Part shown: piece by piece, positions 53,189-63,321 of the stretch | Layout of the letters: each line of letters opens with the position of its first letter | How positions within the stretch are numbered: position 1 is the stretch's first letter | Assembly (NCBI GenBank): GCA_051745145.1 | Contig: JBNJDT010000004.1 | Location: 13,698-77,697 of the forward strand | DNA length: 64,000 nucleotides | Origin: Elusimicrobiota bacterium | GTDB lineage: Bacteria > CG03 > SLGR01 > JAGXOG01 | Reading direction: 5' to 3' | The notes under the pieces: model-generated | Told to the model about the DNA's origin: nothing | What the model saw: only the letters and a program-made list of their open reading frames with translations | Database searches by the model: none | Translations under genes and position numbers: made by a program

Positions 53189-53732
53189 AGCCAGGATAAA
53201 ATTTGCTAAACGCAGTCCCGTTAATCTGGTAGGGCACCTGGATACCATGGAGTTTATTAAACGGGCTCTTAGAAGAGCGGGCTGGCCCCTGAAATTTACT
53301 TCCGGTTATAATCCAAGGATAAAACTTACTTCGATGTTCCCGTTGAGCCTGGGGTTTTACAGTGAGGCAGAGTATATAGATATATACTTGAATTTTTATC
53401 CGGGAGATTACCAGATTCAAAAATTTAAGGTAAGTACTGTTAAAGGTCTGAAGATAAAAAAAATTGCAATCTTACCCGCTGATGAAAAAGGTATAAATAA
53501 AGAGATTGAAGGAGTCCGGTACCGTTTGGAAGTTAAAAATAATTTACCGGAAAAATTCATACAAAAAGATGAAGTAAGAAAACTTTCCGCCGGTATCTTA
53601 AAGCTGGACATTCCCAAGATAAGCGGAGGTATAAAGAATCCCCGGAAATATATTCCGGAAAAATATTTAAAGAAGGTAGTGCGAACAGAGTGTATATGGA
53701 AAAAAGTTAATATAGGAGGAAAAAATGACTAA
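53175..53732 (+). CDS. Radical SAM-linked protein (DUF2344/TIGR03936-like)
   Basis: GHLD...RALRRAG.P..FTSGYNP, L.LG..SEAEY. Confidence 0.85.
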   Translation: MKKIKARIKFAKRSPVNLVGHLDTMEFIKRALRRAGWPLKFTSGYNPRIKLTSMFPLSLGFYSEAEYIDIYLNFYPGDYQIQKFKVSTVKGLKIKKIAILPADEKGINKEIEGVRYRLEVKNNLPEKFIQKDEVRKLSAGILKLDIPKISGGIKNPRKYIPEKYLKKVVRTECIWKKVNIGGKND

Positions 53733-55131
53733 AAAGATATTTGCAGATATAAATGAAGACGAGAAGAGAGTTGCAATTATGGAAAGTGGCAGACTTGTTG
53801 ATCTTCATATAGAAAGAGAAGACGATAGAAAAACCATAGGAAATGTATATATGGGGGTTATCCAGAATGTAGTGGGGGGGATAAATTCCTGCTTTGTGGA
53901 TATAGGCACCGGAAAAAATGCTTTTTTGCCCATTTCTGATTACAAGGGGGATATTAAAAAAGGTAAAAAAGTATTAGTCCAGGTAAGTAAGGAAGCAGTT
54001 CAGGATAAAGGCGCTAAAATTACCGGGAAGATATCTTTGCCCGGAAGATATGTAGTCTTTATGCCCACTGAATCCAAAATAGGAGTATCCAGGAATATAA
54101 ATAATAAGAAAAAGAGAAAATGGCTTCGCAGGATTCTATCCAAAGTTACCCCTAAAAAAGGCGGTTTTGTAGTTAGAACCCATGCTAAAAATAAAACCAA
54201 AAAAGAGATTTTAAGAGAAGCAAAATTTCTTAAGAATCTGTGGAAAAAGATAAAATCCAGAAAACGAAAATCTTTAAAAAACAATAAGCCGGAATTAATA
54301 TTTAAGTCTTTTGACATAGTTAATTATGCGGCCAGGGAGTTTTTAGATAAGAAGACCCAGGTTTTTATGGTAAATAATAAAAGGGGTTATAAAAAATTAA
54401 GAAAATTCGTGAAAAAGATTTTCCCCTCGTTTAAAAATAAAATTAAATACTACAAGTCCGATATTCCCTTATTCGAGAGATATAAGATAGAGCATCAAAT
54501 TGAGAATATAAAGAAGAGAACTCTTCAGCTGGATTGTGGAGGGTATATAATAATAGAACAGACCGAGGCTTTGACAGCCATAGATGTAAATACGGGAAGC
54601 TATACCAGTGGATCCAGCAGGGAAAAAACGGCTATAAAAGTTAATAAAGAAGCTGCCCGCCTGGCGGCATCTCAAGTTATTCTTAGAGATATAGGAGGTA
54701 TAATTATAATAGACTTTATTGATCAGAAAAAACGGAGCAACAGGGACAGTTTGCTGGGAATTTTAAAGCATGAGATGAGATTTGATAAGGCAAAATCCAA
54801 AATATTCCCAATGACCCGGCTGGGACTGATTGAAATAACCCGGCAAAGGCGAAAAGAGACCATTTTAAATATACTGGGAAAAGATTGTCCGTATTGTAAG
54901 GGAAGCGGAATAATATTTTCCGAGATGACCATGTATATAAAAATCAAAAAAGAGGTTTTGAAAAAAGGACCTTCGGTAAATGCCAAGGTTATAAATCTCT
55001 TTTTACATCCCAGGGTTGCCGAAGTGTTTGACCAAAAAGGGCTGGGCAGTTTAGAAAAAAAGATCAATAAAAAAATTAAACTGAGAAGAGATTATAAAAT
55101 GCATCATGAAGAATATAGAATAAGCAGTTAG
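53725..55131 (+). CDS. rng: Ribonuclease G/E family
   Basis: S1 domain GNVY.G...FVDIG, EALTAIDVNTG, LRDIGGIII.DFID, CPYC.G.G. Confidence 0.92.
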   Translation: MTKKIFADINEDEKRVAIMESGRLVDLHIEREDDRKTIGNVYMGVIQNVVGGINSCFVDIGTGKNAFLPISDYKGDIKKGKKVLVQVSKEAVQDKGAKITGKISLPGRYVVFMPTESKIGVSRNINNKKKRKWLRRILSKVTPKKGGFVVRTHAKNKTKKEILREAKFLKNLWKKIKSRKRKSLKNNKPELIFKSFDIVNYAAREFLDKKTQVFMVNNKRGYKKLRKFVKKIFPSFKNKIKYYKSDIPLFERYKIEHQIENIKKRTLQLDCGGYIIIEQTEALTAIDVNTGSYTSGSSREKTAIKVNKEAARLAASQVILRDIGGIIIIDFIDQKKRSNRDSLLGILKHEMRFDKAKSKIFPMTRLGLIEITRQRRKETILNILGKDCPYCKGSGIIFSEMTMYIKIKKEVLKKGPSVNAKVINLFLHPRVAEVFDQKGLGSLEKKINKKIKLRRDYKMHHEEYRISS

Positions 55132-55140
55132 GAGGAAAAA

Positions 55141-55659
55141 ATGAAAGATTTAACTGAAATAGTTTTAAAAGCGGTGAAGTTTGACCGGACTTTATTCAGC
55201 CGGGTGGATAAGGATAAAAAGGTGCTCTCCGGAGTTCCGATAATATATCTTTTATTTGCCCTGGCCGCCGGAATAGGCTCCGTGGGTAAGTTAGGGGTAT
55301 TCGGAATTGTAGCCGGAACAATAGGGGCGGCCATAAGATGGGCGGTCCTGTTTTATATTGTCTATCTTATAAGTAAAAAGTACGGTACTTTAGGCCGGGA
55401 AGACGATTTTTTAGATACTGTTAAATATTTTGGACTGGCGGTTTCTCCGGGGATATTAAGAATAGTTGGCTTTTTACCGGGTTTTTATAAACCGGTATTT
55501 ATTATCGCAACTTTATGGATGCTGGGCATCACCGCTTTTATTCTCAATGAATTATTTGATTTAAATGATATGTTAAAAGCGGGGGGGATATGCGCCCTCA
55601 GCTGGTTAATTACTTACCTGGGAGCAAAGTTAATAGGTTTCTCCATATTTTCGTTTTAA
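55141..55659 (+). CDS. Membrane protein, Yip1-domain-like
   Basis: About five TM helices; G.A.SPG.LRI..F.P pattern; SD AGGAGG. Confidence 0.55.
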   Translation: MKDLTEIVLKAVKFDRTLFSRVDKDKKVLSGVPIIYLLFALAAGIGSVGKLGVFGIVAGTIGAAIRWAVLFYIVYLISKKYGTLGREDDFLDTVKYFGLAVSPGILRIVGFLPGFYKPVFIIATLWMLGITAFILNELFDLNDMLKAGGICALSWLITYLGAKLIGFSIFSF

Positions 55660-55665
55660 TCTTTT

Positions 55666-56340
55666 TTAACCGGTAAGAAAGACCGAGAGAATACCGCATA
55701 AAAATATGCCGTCAAAGGTACCGGCGCCTCCGATACTTACCATCACCGGGCCGTCCAAACCGGTAATATCTTTTAAGTGCAGCAGGTCAGCTCCGATTAT
55801 AACTCCCAGAACACCGGCGGGGAAAGCTATTATGGGAGCGATTTCCTGAGCAAAAAGAAGACTGGGAATAGAAACTACCAGCGGGGGAATAAAAAGAGGA
55901 ACGGCTATACCTTTTCCGGGAACGGGTTTTGAGATTTTGTAGCTTACTGCGATATTTAAAATAAGGACCATGATAAAAAGAGGGAAATAAGCCGGGTATT
56001 TATTTATAATTCTTAAAATTAACCATAAACTTATTAAACCGGGGAGTATAGCTCCCCCTAAATTTATGGCCAGTACTTTTTTATCGGGCACCAGGATAGA
56101 GTTGAGATTGGAAAACGGACTGCTGTCTGTATCTTTTTTGTTTTTGTACACTGCCGGCCACTTTTTTAAAGGTATATTTATCGCGGCTCCTAAAAGAGAG
56201 AGAATGAGTAACGAAAAAGCCTGCTGGGGGGTAAATCCCAGAATGTTAAACGCTCCCGTTACCATGTTGGCAAAAAGTAACGGCAGAAGAAACAGTAAAA
56301 TCATAAATATATAAATTGTAAGACAGCCAAAACTTAACAT
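55666..56340 (-). CDS. DUF1614-like membrane protein
   Basis: INIP, AINLGGAILP, PVPG.GI.VP, G.IIGADL..L, SIGGAGTFDGIFL.G. Confidence 0.85.
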   Translation of the reverse strand: MLSFGCLTIYIFMILLFLLPLLFANMVTGAFNILGFTPQQAFSLLILSLLGAAINIPLKKWPAVYKNKKDTDSSPFSNLNSILVPDKKVLAINLGGAILPGLISLWLILRIINKYPAYFPLFIMVLILNIAVSYKISKPVPGKGIAVPLFIPPLVVSIPSLLFAQEIAPIIAFPAGVLGVIIGADLLHLKDITGLDGPVMVSIGGAGTFDGIFLCGILSVFLTG

Positions 56341-56463
56341 AGCGATTAATTATAACAAAAATAATCTTAATCGTCTATTATCCTGTTTAAATATTTAAGC
56401 TTTCTCTATTTTAAATTAAATTTCTATTTTTAATTAACGGCCGTAAATCTGTTATTTTATTTA

Positions 56464-56492
56464 TTGCAAAAAAATAATATTTTTTATATAAT
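56464..56492 (+). promoter_or_regulatory. Putative sigma70 promoter upstream of the small ORF-topoisomerase pair
   Basis: TTGCAA-17 nt-TATAAT. Confidence 0.55.
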
Positions 56493-56631
56493 CCCCTGCT
56501 TTAATTTTAGATGAAGAGAAGAATGCGAAAAGCCAGAAATTTGAAATATAAAGTTCAATCTGTTAATTGTATAATTTGCAGTAAGTTTTTTTTAAGATAT
56601 AAAAGGAAAAATAAACAAAGGAGAAATTATA

Positions 56632-56820
56632 ATGGCAGTTACAGCATCATTAAAAGAGTTAAAAAGAGTTAATAACAAACTCAAAAGTTTAAAAATGAAG
56701 TACCCGGAAGCTTATGAGGATTTTGCAAAATTTTTTAAAGATAACCGCTCGGTAGGATATAAAAATATATGTAAAATGCTTATGGGAGAGACTACTCCCC
56801 AAAAGTTAAAAGATAAGTAA
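56632..56820 (+). CDS. Small hypothetical protein (62 aa)
   Basis: SD AAGGAG, plausible helical sequence, downstream of a predicted promoter. Confidence 0.7.
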   Translation: MAVTASLKELKRVNNKLKSLKMKYPEAYEDFAKFFKDNRSVGYKNICKMLMGETTPQKLKDK

Positions 56821-56870
56821 TAGAATTTTTGTTAAATATTTAAAAATTTTATCACTGTACAAGGAGAAAA

Positions 56871-58994
56871 ATGGAAAAAGTTATAGTAGTTGAATCAGCG
56901 GCTAAAACTAAAACGATTCGCCGTTTTTTAAGGGGGAAATATACAGTAATAGCCTGCGGCGGACATATAGTTGACCTCCCGGATGCAGAGCTGGGAATTG
57001 ATATTGAAAATAATTTTAAATACAGAACAGAATCAAAATATTTCCGGGGAAAAAATAAAGTAGAGTCTTTAAGGAAAAAACTTTCCGGAGCCGATGAAAT
57101 ATACCTGGCAACAGATCCGGACAGGGAGGGTGAGGCGATAGCAGCTGATATTTTTGAGAACTGCATTTCAGATTCTGCCAGAGTCCGTCGCATAGAGTTT
57201 AATGCTATTGTCTATCATAAAATAAAAGAAGCTCTGGAATCCCCCAGGGATATTGATAAAAACAGGGTGGAATCTCAACGGGCCCGGAGAACTCTTGACC
57301 GTTTAATCGGCTTTATCTTAAGCTCGATAACCAAATTTGACCCGGAAGGTCCCGGCGTCCCGGCGGTTGGCCGGGTAATGACCCCGGCCGTATCCTTAGT
57401 TGTGGACAGAGAAAAAGAAAGAGAATCTTTTCAGCCCCGGGAGTACTGGAACCTGCAGGCTCTTTTAAAAGTCAGCGGCGAGGAGTTAAAAACAGAATTT
57501 GAAGATGAAATAGAAAACTTTGAACAGGTAGAGGAAATTGTCAATAATATACGTAAAGCGGGTAGCATGAAAGTTTCTCAGCGCTTGGAAAATCCGGAAA
57601 ATAAACAGAATCCTTTACCGTCATATACAACTGATTCTCTGCAGGACGATGCTGATAATTTACTGGGATTTACTCCTGAAAAAACCATGAGACTTGCCCA
57701 AAAACTTTACCAGGGTATTGAGATAGAAGGCGCGGCCAAGGCCTTAATAACGTATATGCGTACGGACTCCACCCGGCTTTCCCCTTCAGCGCTTAATCTT
57801 GCTAAAAAGACATTTAAAAATAGAAAGGATACTGATATAAAGTTATATAAAGGACGTACCTGGACGCCCAGCGGCGGTGAGCAGGACGCCCACGAGGCAA
57901 TACGGCCGACTTTACCGCATAAAAAGGACTATTTTCCCGAAAATTTAAAAGGCAAATTAAAAAATGATTATTTACAACTATATAAACTTATATACTACCG
58001 ATTTTTAGCATCGCAGGCCCGACCGGCGGTTTACTATACCACTAGGTTGAAATTAAAGGTTAATAAATATAAAGCAAGGGCCAGGGGAGATAAACTTATA
58101 AAACCCGGATTTTTAAAGTTATACAAAAAAATATACGAAAACTTCGGGCGAAAAGAGATTGAATTGCCTTCCGTATCAGAGGGCACGGTTTTGAAATTAA
58201 AACGGATATGGCCCGAACCTGAAAAAACTTACCCCCCGCCCCGCTACAGAGAGGGTTCTTTGATTAGCGAACTTAAAAATAGAGGCATAGGAAGGCCGTC
58301 CACCTACGGTACAACTTTACAAAAAATTAAACGCTCCCGGGGTGGTTATGGGTACGTGCGTAAAGTAGGCGGAAAATTAAAACCCACTTCCCGCGGAAAA
58401 GATTTGTGTGAATATATGCATTCCAATTTCAGTAATGTTATCTCATACGATTATACGGCAAAGATGGAAGATAGACTGACAAAGATAGAAGAAGGGAAAT
58501 TGAGCTATGAAAAATTTCTCAAAAAAGAGTTTAATTGGCTTGAAGAACCGTATAAAATAGCCAGTAAAAAGGGGTGGATGGATAATAAACATCCCACTCC
58601 GGCTCAGATAGATTATCTGAAGAACCTTGTAAAGGAGACCGGTCATCAGGTTCCCGAAGAAGTGTATAATTCCAAGGAGGAAGTCAGCGATTGGATCGGG
58701 AAATTAAAAAAAGAAGTTCCCGACATACTAAAATTTTCAAAAATTAAAAAAGTGGATGTAAGCGGGGTGGAGTGTTACCGTTTCAAACTGTATTTTAATT
58801 TTAAATTGCCCGATGAGGAGATAAAATTTTTAAAAAACAATAAACTGAAATACAAACCCGGCCGCAAGGGGACAATGCCCAGCTATCAATTTCAGCGCCG
58901 GGACAAAGAGAAAGTGAAAAAACTAAAGCAAAAACTCTACAGACGGTATTCTGAAAATAAGAGTACGATAAAAATAGATTATGATCTATTTTAA
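56871..58994 (+). CDS. Type IA DNA topoisomerase (TopA-like, divergent, no Zn ribbons)
   Basis: TOPRIM VVES..K, ATDPDREGE, catalytic ITYMRTDS, QDAHEAIRPT, GIGRPSTY. Confidence 0.93.
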   Translation: MEKVIVVESAAKTKTIRRFLRGKYTVIACGGHIVDLPDAELGIDIENNFKYRTESKYFRGKNKVESLRKKLSGADEIYLATDPDREGEAIAADIFENCISDSARVRRIEFNAIVYHKIKEALESPRDIDKNRVESQRARRTLDRLIGFILSSITKFDPEGPGVPAVGRVMTPAVSLVVDREKERESFQPREYWNLQALLKVSGEELKTEFEDEIENFEQVEEIVNNIRKAGSMKVSQRLENPENKQNPLPSYTTDSLQDDADNLLGFTPEKTMRLAQKLYQGIEIEGAAKALITYMRTDSTRLSPSALNLAKKTFKNRKDTDIKLYKGRTWTPSGGEQDAHEAIRPTLPHKKDYFPENLKGKLKNDYLQLYKLIYYRFLASQARPAVYYTTRLKLKVNKYKARARGDKLIKPGFLKLYKKIYENFGRKEIELPSVSEGTVLKLKRIWPEPEKTYPPPRYREGSLISELKNRGIGRPSTYGTTLQKIKRSRGGYGYVRKVGGKLKPTSRGKDLCEYMHSNFSNVISYDYTAKMEDRLTKIEEGKLSYEKFLKKEFNWLEEPYKIASKKGWMDNKHPTPAQIDYLKNLVKETGHQVPEEVYNSKEEVSDWIGKLKKEVPDILKFSKIKKVDVSGVECYRFKLYFNFKLPDEEIKFLKNNKLKYKPGRKGTMPSYQFQRRDKEKVKKLKQKLYRRYSENKSTIKIDYDLF

Positions 58995-59032
58995 AGTGCT
59001 GAGTATTTTAATTTTTTAATTAGGAGATAATT

Positions 59033-59839
59033 ATGATAAAAAAAATATTAAAAATTACCTTAACCTGTTTAATAGTACTTACAATCGGGGCAATTGTGTT
59101 TATAAAATTAAAAAACACTTTTTTGCCTGAAACTAAAATTGAGTCCGGGGCAGTAGAGGAGGCAGAGTACTGGGTCCGGGAGCATTCTCCAACCTATAAT
59201 TTTGACGGCATGGAACTTGAGCTTAAAAAGTCCAGTAAAGTGGAGCCCGGAATTTATAAAGTAATTTTTAACTTTAAATCCCGTCAGGCCGGCTACGGAG
59301 ACAGGACCGGGGAAATTCTGGCTCAAGCCGTTACCCCTCATGAGATTGCCGTAACGGTAAAAAAATCATCCCAAGAAGAAGGCTGGAAAGTTACCCGGGC
59401 TGTTACTGATAACAGTTTTGACGAATTAAACGAAAAAGTTATAGATAAAAAATCCGAAAAAGAAAACAGGGAAATTGACATATTTTTCATTCGGGTAAAA
59501 GATGGACAGGAAGAACTGGCGTCTGTATCCCGGGATGTTGCCCCGGGCGACAATATTGAAAAATCTGCCCTTAAAGCATTGCTTGCAGGGCCCACGGAGG
59601 AAGAAAAAGAGGAGGGGTATCTAACTGCCATAAATGACGGGGTGAAAATTTTAAGTTTTACAATAGAAGACAAGAAGGCCCGGGTCTCTTTTGATAAAAG
59701 TATAGAGAAAAACGTGGCCGGTTCGGCAACGGTAACGGCTATCCGGAACCAGATAGAAAGTACTCTCACTCAGTTTGACAGTATAAATTACGTTGAGATT
59801 CAGGTGGAGGGTAAAACGGACGATATCCTTCAGCCGTAG
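59033..59839 (+). CDS. Membrane-anchored GerMN-domain protein
   Basis: N-terminal TM; C-terminal ALKALLAGPT..E...G..T.I...GSA.V..IR.QI..TL.QF..I..V.I.VEG. Confidence 0.8.
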   Translation: MIKKILKITLTCLIVLTIGAIVFIKLKNTFLPETKIESGAVEEAEYWVREHSPTYNFDGMELELKKSSKVEPGIYKVIFNFKSRQAGYGDRTGEILAQAVTPHEIAVTVKKSSQEEGWKVTRAVTDNSFDELNEKVIDKKSEKENREIDIFFIRVKDGQEELASVSRDVAPGDNIEKSALKALLAGPTEEEKEEGYLTAINDGVKILSFTIEDKKARVSFDKSIEKNVAGSATVTAIRNQIESTLTQFDSINYVEIQVEGKTDDILQP

Positions 59840-59880
59840 ATTTAAGAAATGATTTTATCAAAAATATCAAGAGGCCGCCC

Positions 59881-60135
59881 GTGAAGAAACCGGATATAGA
59901 ATATCCATGTACCTGGACGTATAAAATTTTCGGCACCAATAAAAGTGCTCTGCAGCAGGGTGTTCGGAAAATAATGGATGGGGGGAAATACGAATATGAT
60001 TTAAAATTTTCCAGAAAGAGCCGGACCGGAAAATATGTTTCAATGTCTCTTAAAATTGATGTGCCCAGCGAAAAGGTCAGAAATAAGATCTATTCCTCTC
60101 TAAAAAATTCCCAAGCAGTAACTACTTTATTTTAA
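59881..60135 (+). CDS. DUF493 / YbeD-like protein
   Basis: IEYPC.W.YKI.G, S..SRTGKYVS. Confidence 0.85.
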   Translation: MKKPDIEYPCTWTYKIFGTNKSALQQGVRKIMDGGKYEYDLKFSRKSRTGKYVSMSLKIDVPSEKVRNKIYSSLKNSQAVTTLF

Positions 60136-60165
60136 CAGCTTACCTTGTAGCTTTGTATCTCATAA

Positions 60166-61437
60166 TTATTGTTTACGGGGTGGACTGTAATTTTTATCAA
60201 TTTCTAAAAAGTGGCAGTATTTACTTTTCCAGGCGGTTTTAAAATATCGCGAAAAATCGTTTACTTTTTCTTTGTTGTTAGTTATAAATCCCACATTTCT
60301 TGACTGGTTAAAATATCCCGGTTGCCAGTTGGAAGAGCCGGTCCAGGCAACTTTATTATCTGCAATCATGAGTTTGGAATGGTCTACCCGGGCAAAGGGT
60401 ATATGTCCTTCTTTTGCTTTGGGAATCTGGATATAACGGATCTCTATTTGGGGTATGACCTGTAAGCTTTTTAAATATATCTGCTGTTTTTCGGTAAGGG
60501 CCCAGTCGGATACCATAAATTCTATATCTACCTCTCTGTTTGCCGCCCGGCGCAGTGCTCTGTCAATATGATCGTAATAACCTGTAGAGTAACTGCTGGT
60601 CAGGCTGTACTGGTGCATATCAATGAGAAGTTTCTCCTGTGCTGTATTAATTGTCTTAATAATAGCTTCTTCGGTTAATGTTATCTCTTCCGGTGTTATA
60701 GAAGGCGGGGTTGCCGTAATTTGGTTATCGAAAGATTTTGGTTCTATTTTGGAATTATGTAATTTTTTATAATCGGGGATTGAATCATTATGAAAATTGA
60801 TATCCATACTCGACGGATTTTTGCCGCCTGCTATTTTATAGTCTATTTTAAATATTTCAGCTAAATCTGAAGAAATATCCGGGTCGGTTCCCCCGATTCC
60901 TATTTCACAGATATGTTCTAATGATCTCCAGTCAAAGTTTGCGCTGCCTAAGTAAAAATGGGTCCGGTCAATTATAAGATACTTAGCGTGCATTACTCCG
61001 CCGGTTAAAGAGTTAAGATCAATTATTTTTATGCTGGAGTTGTCCATTTCATCTAACTTATCGGGTATCTCAGGATAGTTTTCGTAAAATGTCTTATCGG
61101 TTACAATTTCAATTTTAACCCCCTCTTTTGCTTTCTCTTTTATTATTTTGATAATATTTTCAAGACGGCTTTGTTCTTTTGAGATCATGTAAAACATCCC
61201 AATTTGAATTTTCTCCCGGGCCGAAGCAAATAAATTTTCCCACATTTTATGGGTTTTAGATAAACCGGGAGTATTAAGCTGGGTTTCTAAAGGGTAAGTT
61301 TCAATGACGGTTAGGGGAATATCATTACCGTTAGCCGTATTTTTGCTGTTCTTATTTTGAGAACAGGCCGTCGTGGTCAGTAGCATTAAAACGGTTAAAG
61401 TTAAAATTGCTGTCTTAAATTTTATAAGTTTACACAT
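60166..61437 (-). CDS. Phospholipase D superfamily lipoprotein (two HKD motifs)
   Basis: Lipobox-like TTAC; HAKYLIID..GSANFDWRSL and HSKLMIAD..GSSNW. Confidence 0.88.
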   Translation of the reverse strand: MCKLIKFKTAILTLTVLMLLTTTACSQNKNSKNTANGNDIPLTVIETYPLETQLNTPGLSKTHKMWENLFASAREKIQIGMFYMISKEQSRLENIIKIIKEKAKEGVKIEIVTDKTFYENYPEIPDKLDEMDNSSIKIIDLNSLTGGVMHAKYLIIDRTHFYLGSANFDWRSLEHICEIGIGGTDPDISSDLAEIFKIDYKIAGGKNPSSMDINFHNDSIPDYKKLHNSKIEPKSFDNQITATPPSITPEEITLTEEAIIKTINTAQEKLLIDMHQYSLTSSYSTGYYDHIDRALRRAANREVDIEFMVSDWALTEKQQIYLKSLQVIPQIEIRYIQIPKAKEGHIPFARVDHSKLMIADNKVAWTGSSNWQPGYFNQSRNVGFITNNKEKVNDFSRYFKTAWKSKYCHFLEIDKNYSPPRKQ

Positions 61438-61622
61438 AAATTCAAGTTTAAAATCAAACTAAATAAATTATAGTATAAAATAACCCTGCAGGCAAATTTA
61501 TTAATAAATTTAAAATTTTAAAATTGGGAAAATATTTATTAAATTAAACAAATAAAATATTTGCATTTTTACAATTTATATGAGAGTATTTTATAGGATG
61601 GGATAAGACACAAGGATAAACA

Positions 61623-62315
61623 ATGAGTAAAAAAGCGTTATTAATAGGAAATTCAGACGGAATAGGCCTGGCCACCACTAAAAGATTATTAAAAAAAGGC
61701 TGGGAGGTAACCGGTATATCCAGGAGCAGGCCGGATATTGATTCAAGAAATTACAGTCATACGGTAAAACAAGTCCAGGAGAAAGATTATGGTAAGGTCC
61801 TTAAAAGGGTGGTTTCAGATTTTAAACCGGTGGATCTTTGTATATATTTTGTGGGAATAGGTCGCCTGGTTAGTTTTGATAAAATAGAACAGCAGGTTGA
61901 ATTGCTGGAAATTAATTTAATGGGTATGGTCAAAACAACTTCCGTAATTATACCTCACATGATGGAGAATGGTGCGGGCCATTTTATAGGCATATCAAGT
62001 ATGGCCGATGTCCTGCTGGACCCCAATTCTTCAGGATATCATGCCTCTAAGGCCGGTTTTTCCACTTTTTTAGAAGGACTGGGTCTGGCTATAAAACCTA
62101 AAAATATAGATGTTACCAATATACGTTTTGGATTTGTGGATACTAAAATGGCCAGGGGTTCTGTAAAACCTTTTATGATGAGCCCGGATAAAGCGGTAGA
62201 CCATATAATGAAGTGTCTGGAAAAAAAACCGGTAAGTTACAGTGCTCCCCGGCTGGTAATGCCCCTGGTAAAGCTGCGGGCTCTGTGGATAAAGCTGTTA
62301 CTGAAATTTAAGTAA
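61623..62315 (+). CDS. Short-chain dehydrogenase/reductase
   Basis: IGNSDGIG, ISS, YHASK, GFVDTKM. Confidence 0.9.
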   Translation: MSKKALLIGNSDGIGLATTKRLLKKGWEVTGISRSRPDIDSRNYSHTVKQVQEKDYGKVLKRVVSDFKPVDLCIYFVGIGRLVSFDKIEQQVELLEINLMGMVKTTSVIIPHMMENGAGHFIGISSMADVLLDPNSSGYHASKAGFSTFLEGLGLAIKPKNIDVTNIRFGFVDTKMARGSVKPFMMSPDKAVDHIMKCLEKKPVSYSAPRLVMPLVKLRALWIKLLLKFK

Positions 62316-62364
62316 AATTCAAGAATAACTTAGATTTAAATTTATTTTAAAGTAATGTACTAAT

Positions 62365-63321
62365 TTATTCAGCTTTTTCTTCTTTCTCTTCGTCTTTTTC
62401 TTTCTCTTCTTCTTGCTCTTTTTCTTTAGCTTTTTCTTTTTCTTTTTCTTGAATTTCTTCTTTTTCTTTAAGGTCCCTGCGGGCCTGGGCAATTTCGGTG
62501 TGCAACTTTTTCAGTTCCTTTAAAAATTTTGTCATATTAAGAGGGTCGCCTTTTTCTTCTGTTTCCGATATTGCTTTTTCCAATTCCTTATTGAACTCTT
62601 TTTGCATTTTTTCTATATTTTCAATATTGTCTTCGTCTATATCTAAATTTTCAAATACTCCTGTCTGGTCTTTTAAAAGGTCTTGTTTCATTTTCTGGAA
62701 ATTTTGAATAAGTTCTGAAAAAGTTATGTCTTCTTTTTCTTTTAATTCCGAAAGGGATTGGCCAAAATTATTTTCAAACGAAGAGTTCATGTTTTCCATA
62801 AATTCTATTAGGGCCTTAGTATCTACGTCTTCTTCATCGTATTCCGGGATTTCCTGGGCTAACTTTTCTGCAATAAGCCCCATTTTTTGCATATTTTGCA
62901 TAAGATTAAAAATATCAACTTCTTCTCCGTTTATATTGTCGAAAGACTGATTTAAAGATTTTTGCATCATATCATTTATATCGTCCATAGAAAGTTCTAC
63001 GGATCCGGCCATAATATCTGTTTTTTCAGAATCGGACAACTTTGAATCTACTTCAGATACAATTTCTCTGGAATCACCTCCCGACTGAAAATATATAACA
63101 TTTACTTGTGACCCGTCAGCTTCGGAAGCACTTTTTTTAGTTGAGGAAGACTTTTTTGATTGTATTATCTCTTTTAGTTCCTGGAATTCTTCATTTGTCA
63201 AAGGAGTAATTAAATAATTGTTTTTTGTACTCTCCGGGAAAGCTGTTGAGGGGCCTATAATAAAAAAGATAAATAAAAGAAATGACAAGATAGCTTTAAA
63301 GTTAATTTTATAAAAATACAT
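62365..63321 (-). CDS. Hypothetical exported acidic coiled-coil protein with an E/K-rich tail
   Basis: Start reassigned to ATG 63321 (SD GGAGGT upstream); signal peptide ..STA|FPE. Confidence 0.7.
   Translation of the reverse strand: MYFYKINFKAILSFLLFIFFIIGPSTAFPESTKNNYLITPLTNEEFQELKEIIQSKKSSSTKKSASEADGSQVNVIYFQSGGDSREIVSEVDSKLSDSEKTDIMAGSVELSMDDINDMMQKSLNQSFDNINGEEVDIFNLMQNMQKMGLIAEKLAQEIPEYDEEDVDTKALIEFMENMNSSFENNFGQSLSELKEKEDITFSELIQNFQKMKQDLLKDQTGVFENLDIDEDNIENIEKMQKEFNKELEKAISETEEKGDPLNMTKFLKELKKLHTEIAQARRDLKEKEEIQEKEKEKAKEKEQEEEKEKDEEKEEKAE

Noticed and set aside
56495..56631. Riboswitch in the long leader before the 62-aa ORF
   Set aside because: No recognisable aptamer consensus or convincing stems; a second TATAAT suggests promoter DNA
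519..62950. Numerous short opposite-strand ORFs in the track (e.g. 4250-4684, 14714-15157, 38160-38771, 59338-59769)
   Set aside because: They are antisense shadows of well-supported genes, with low-complexity F/S/I-rich translations and no recognisable motifs
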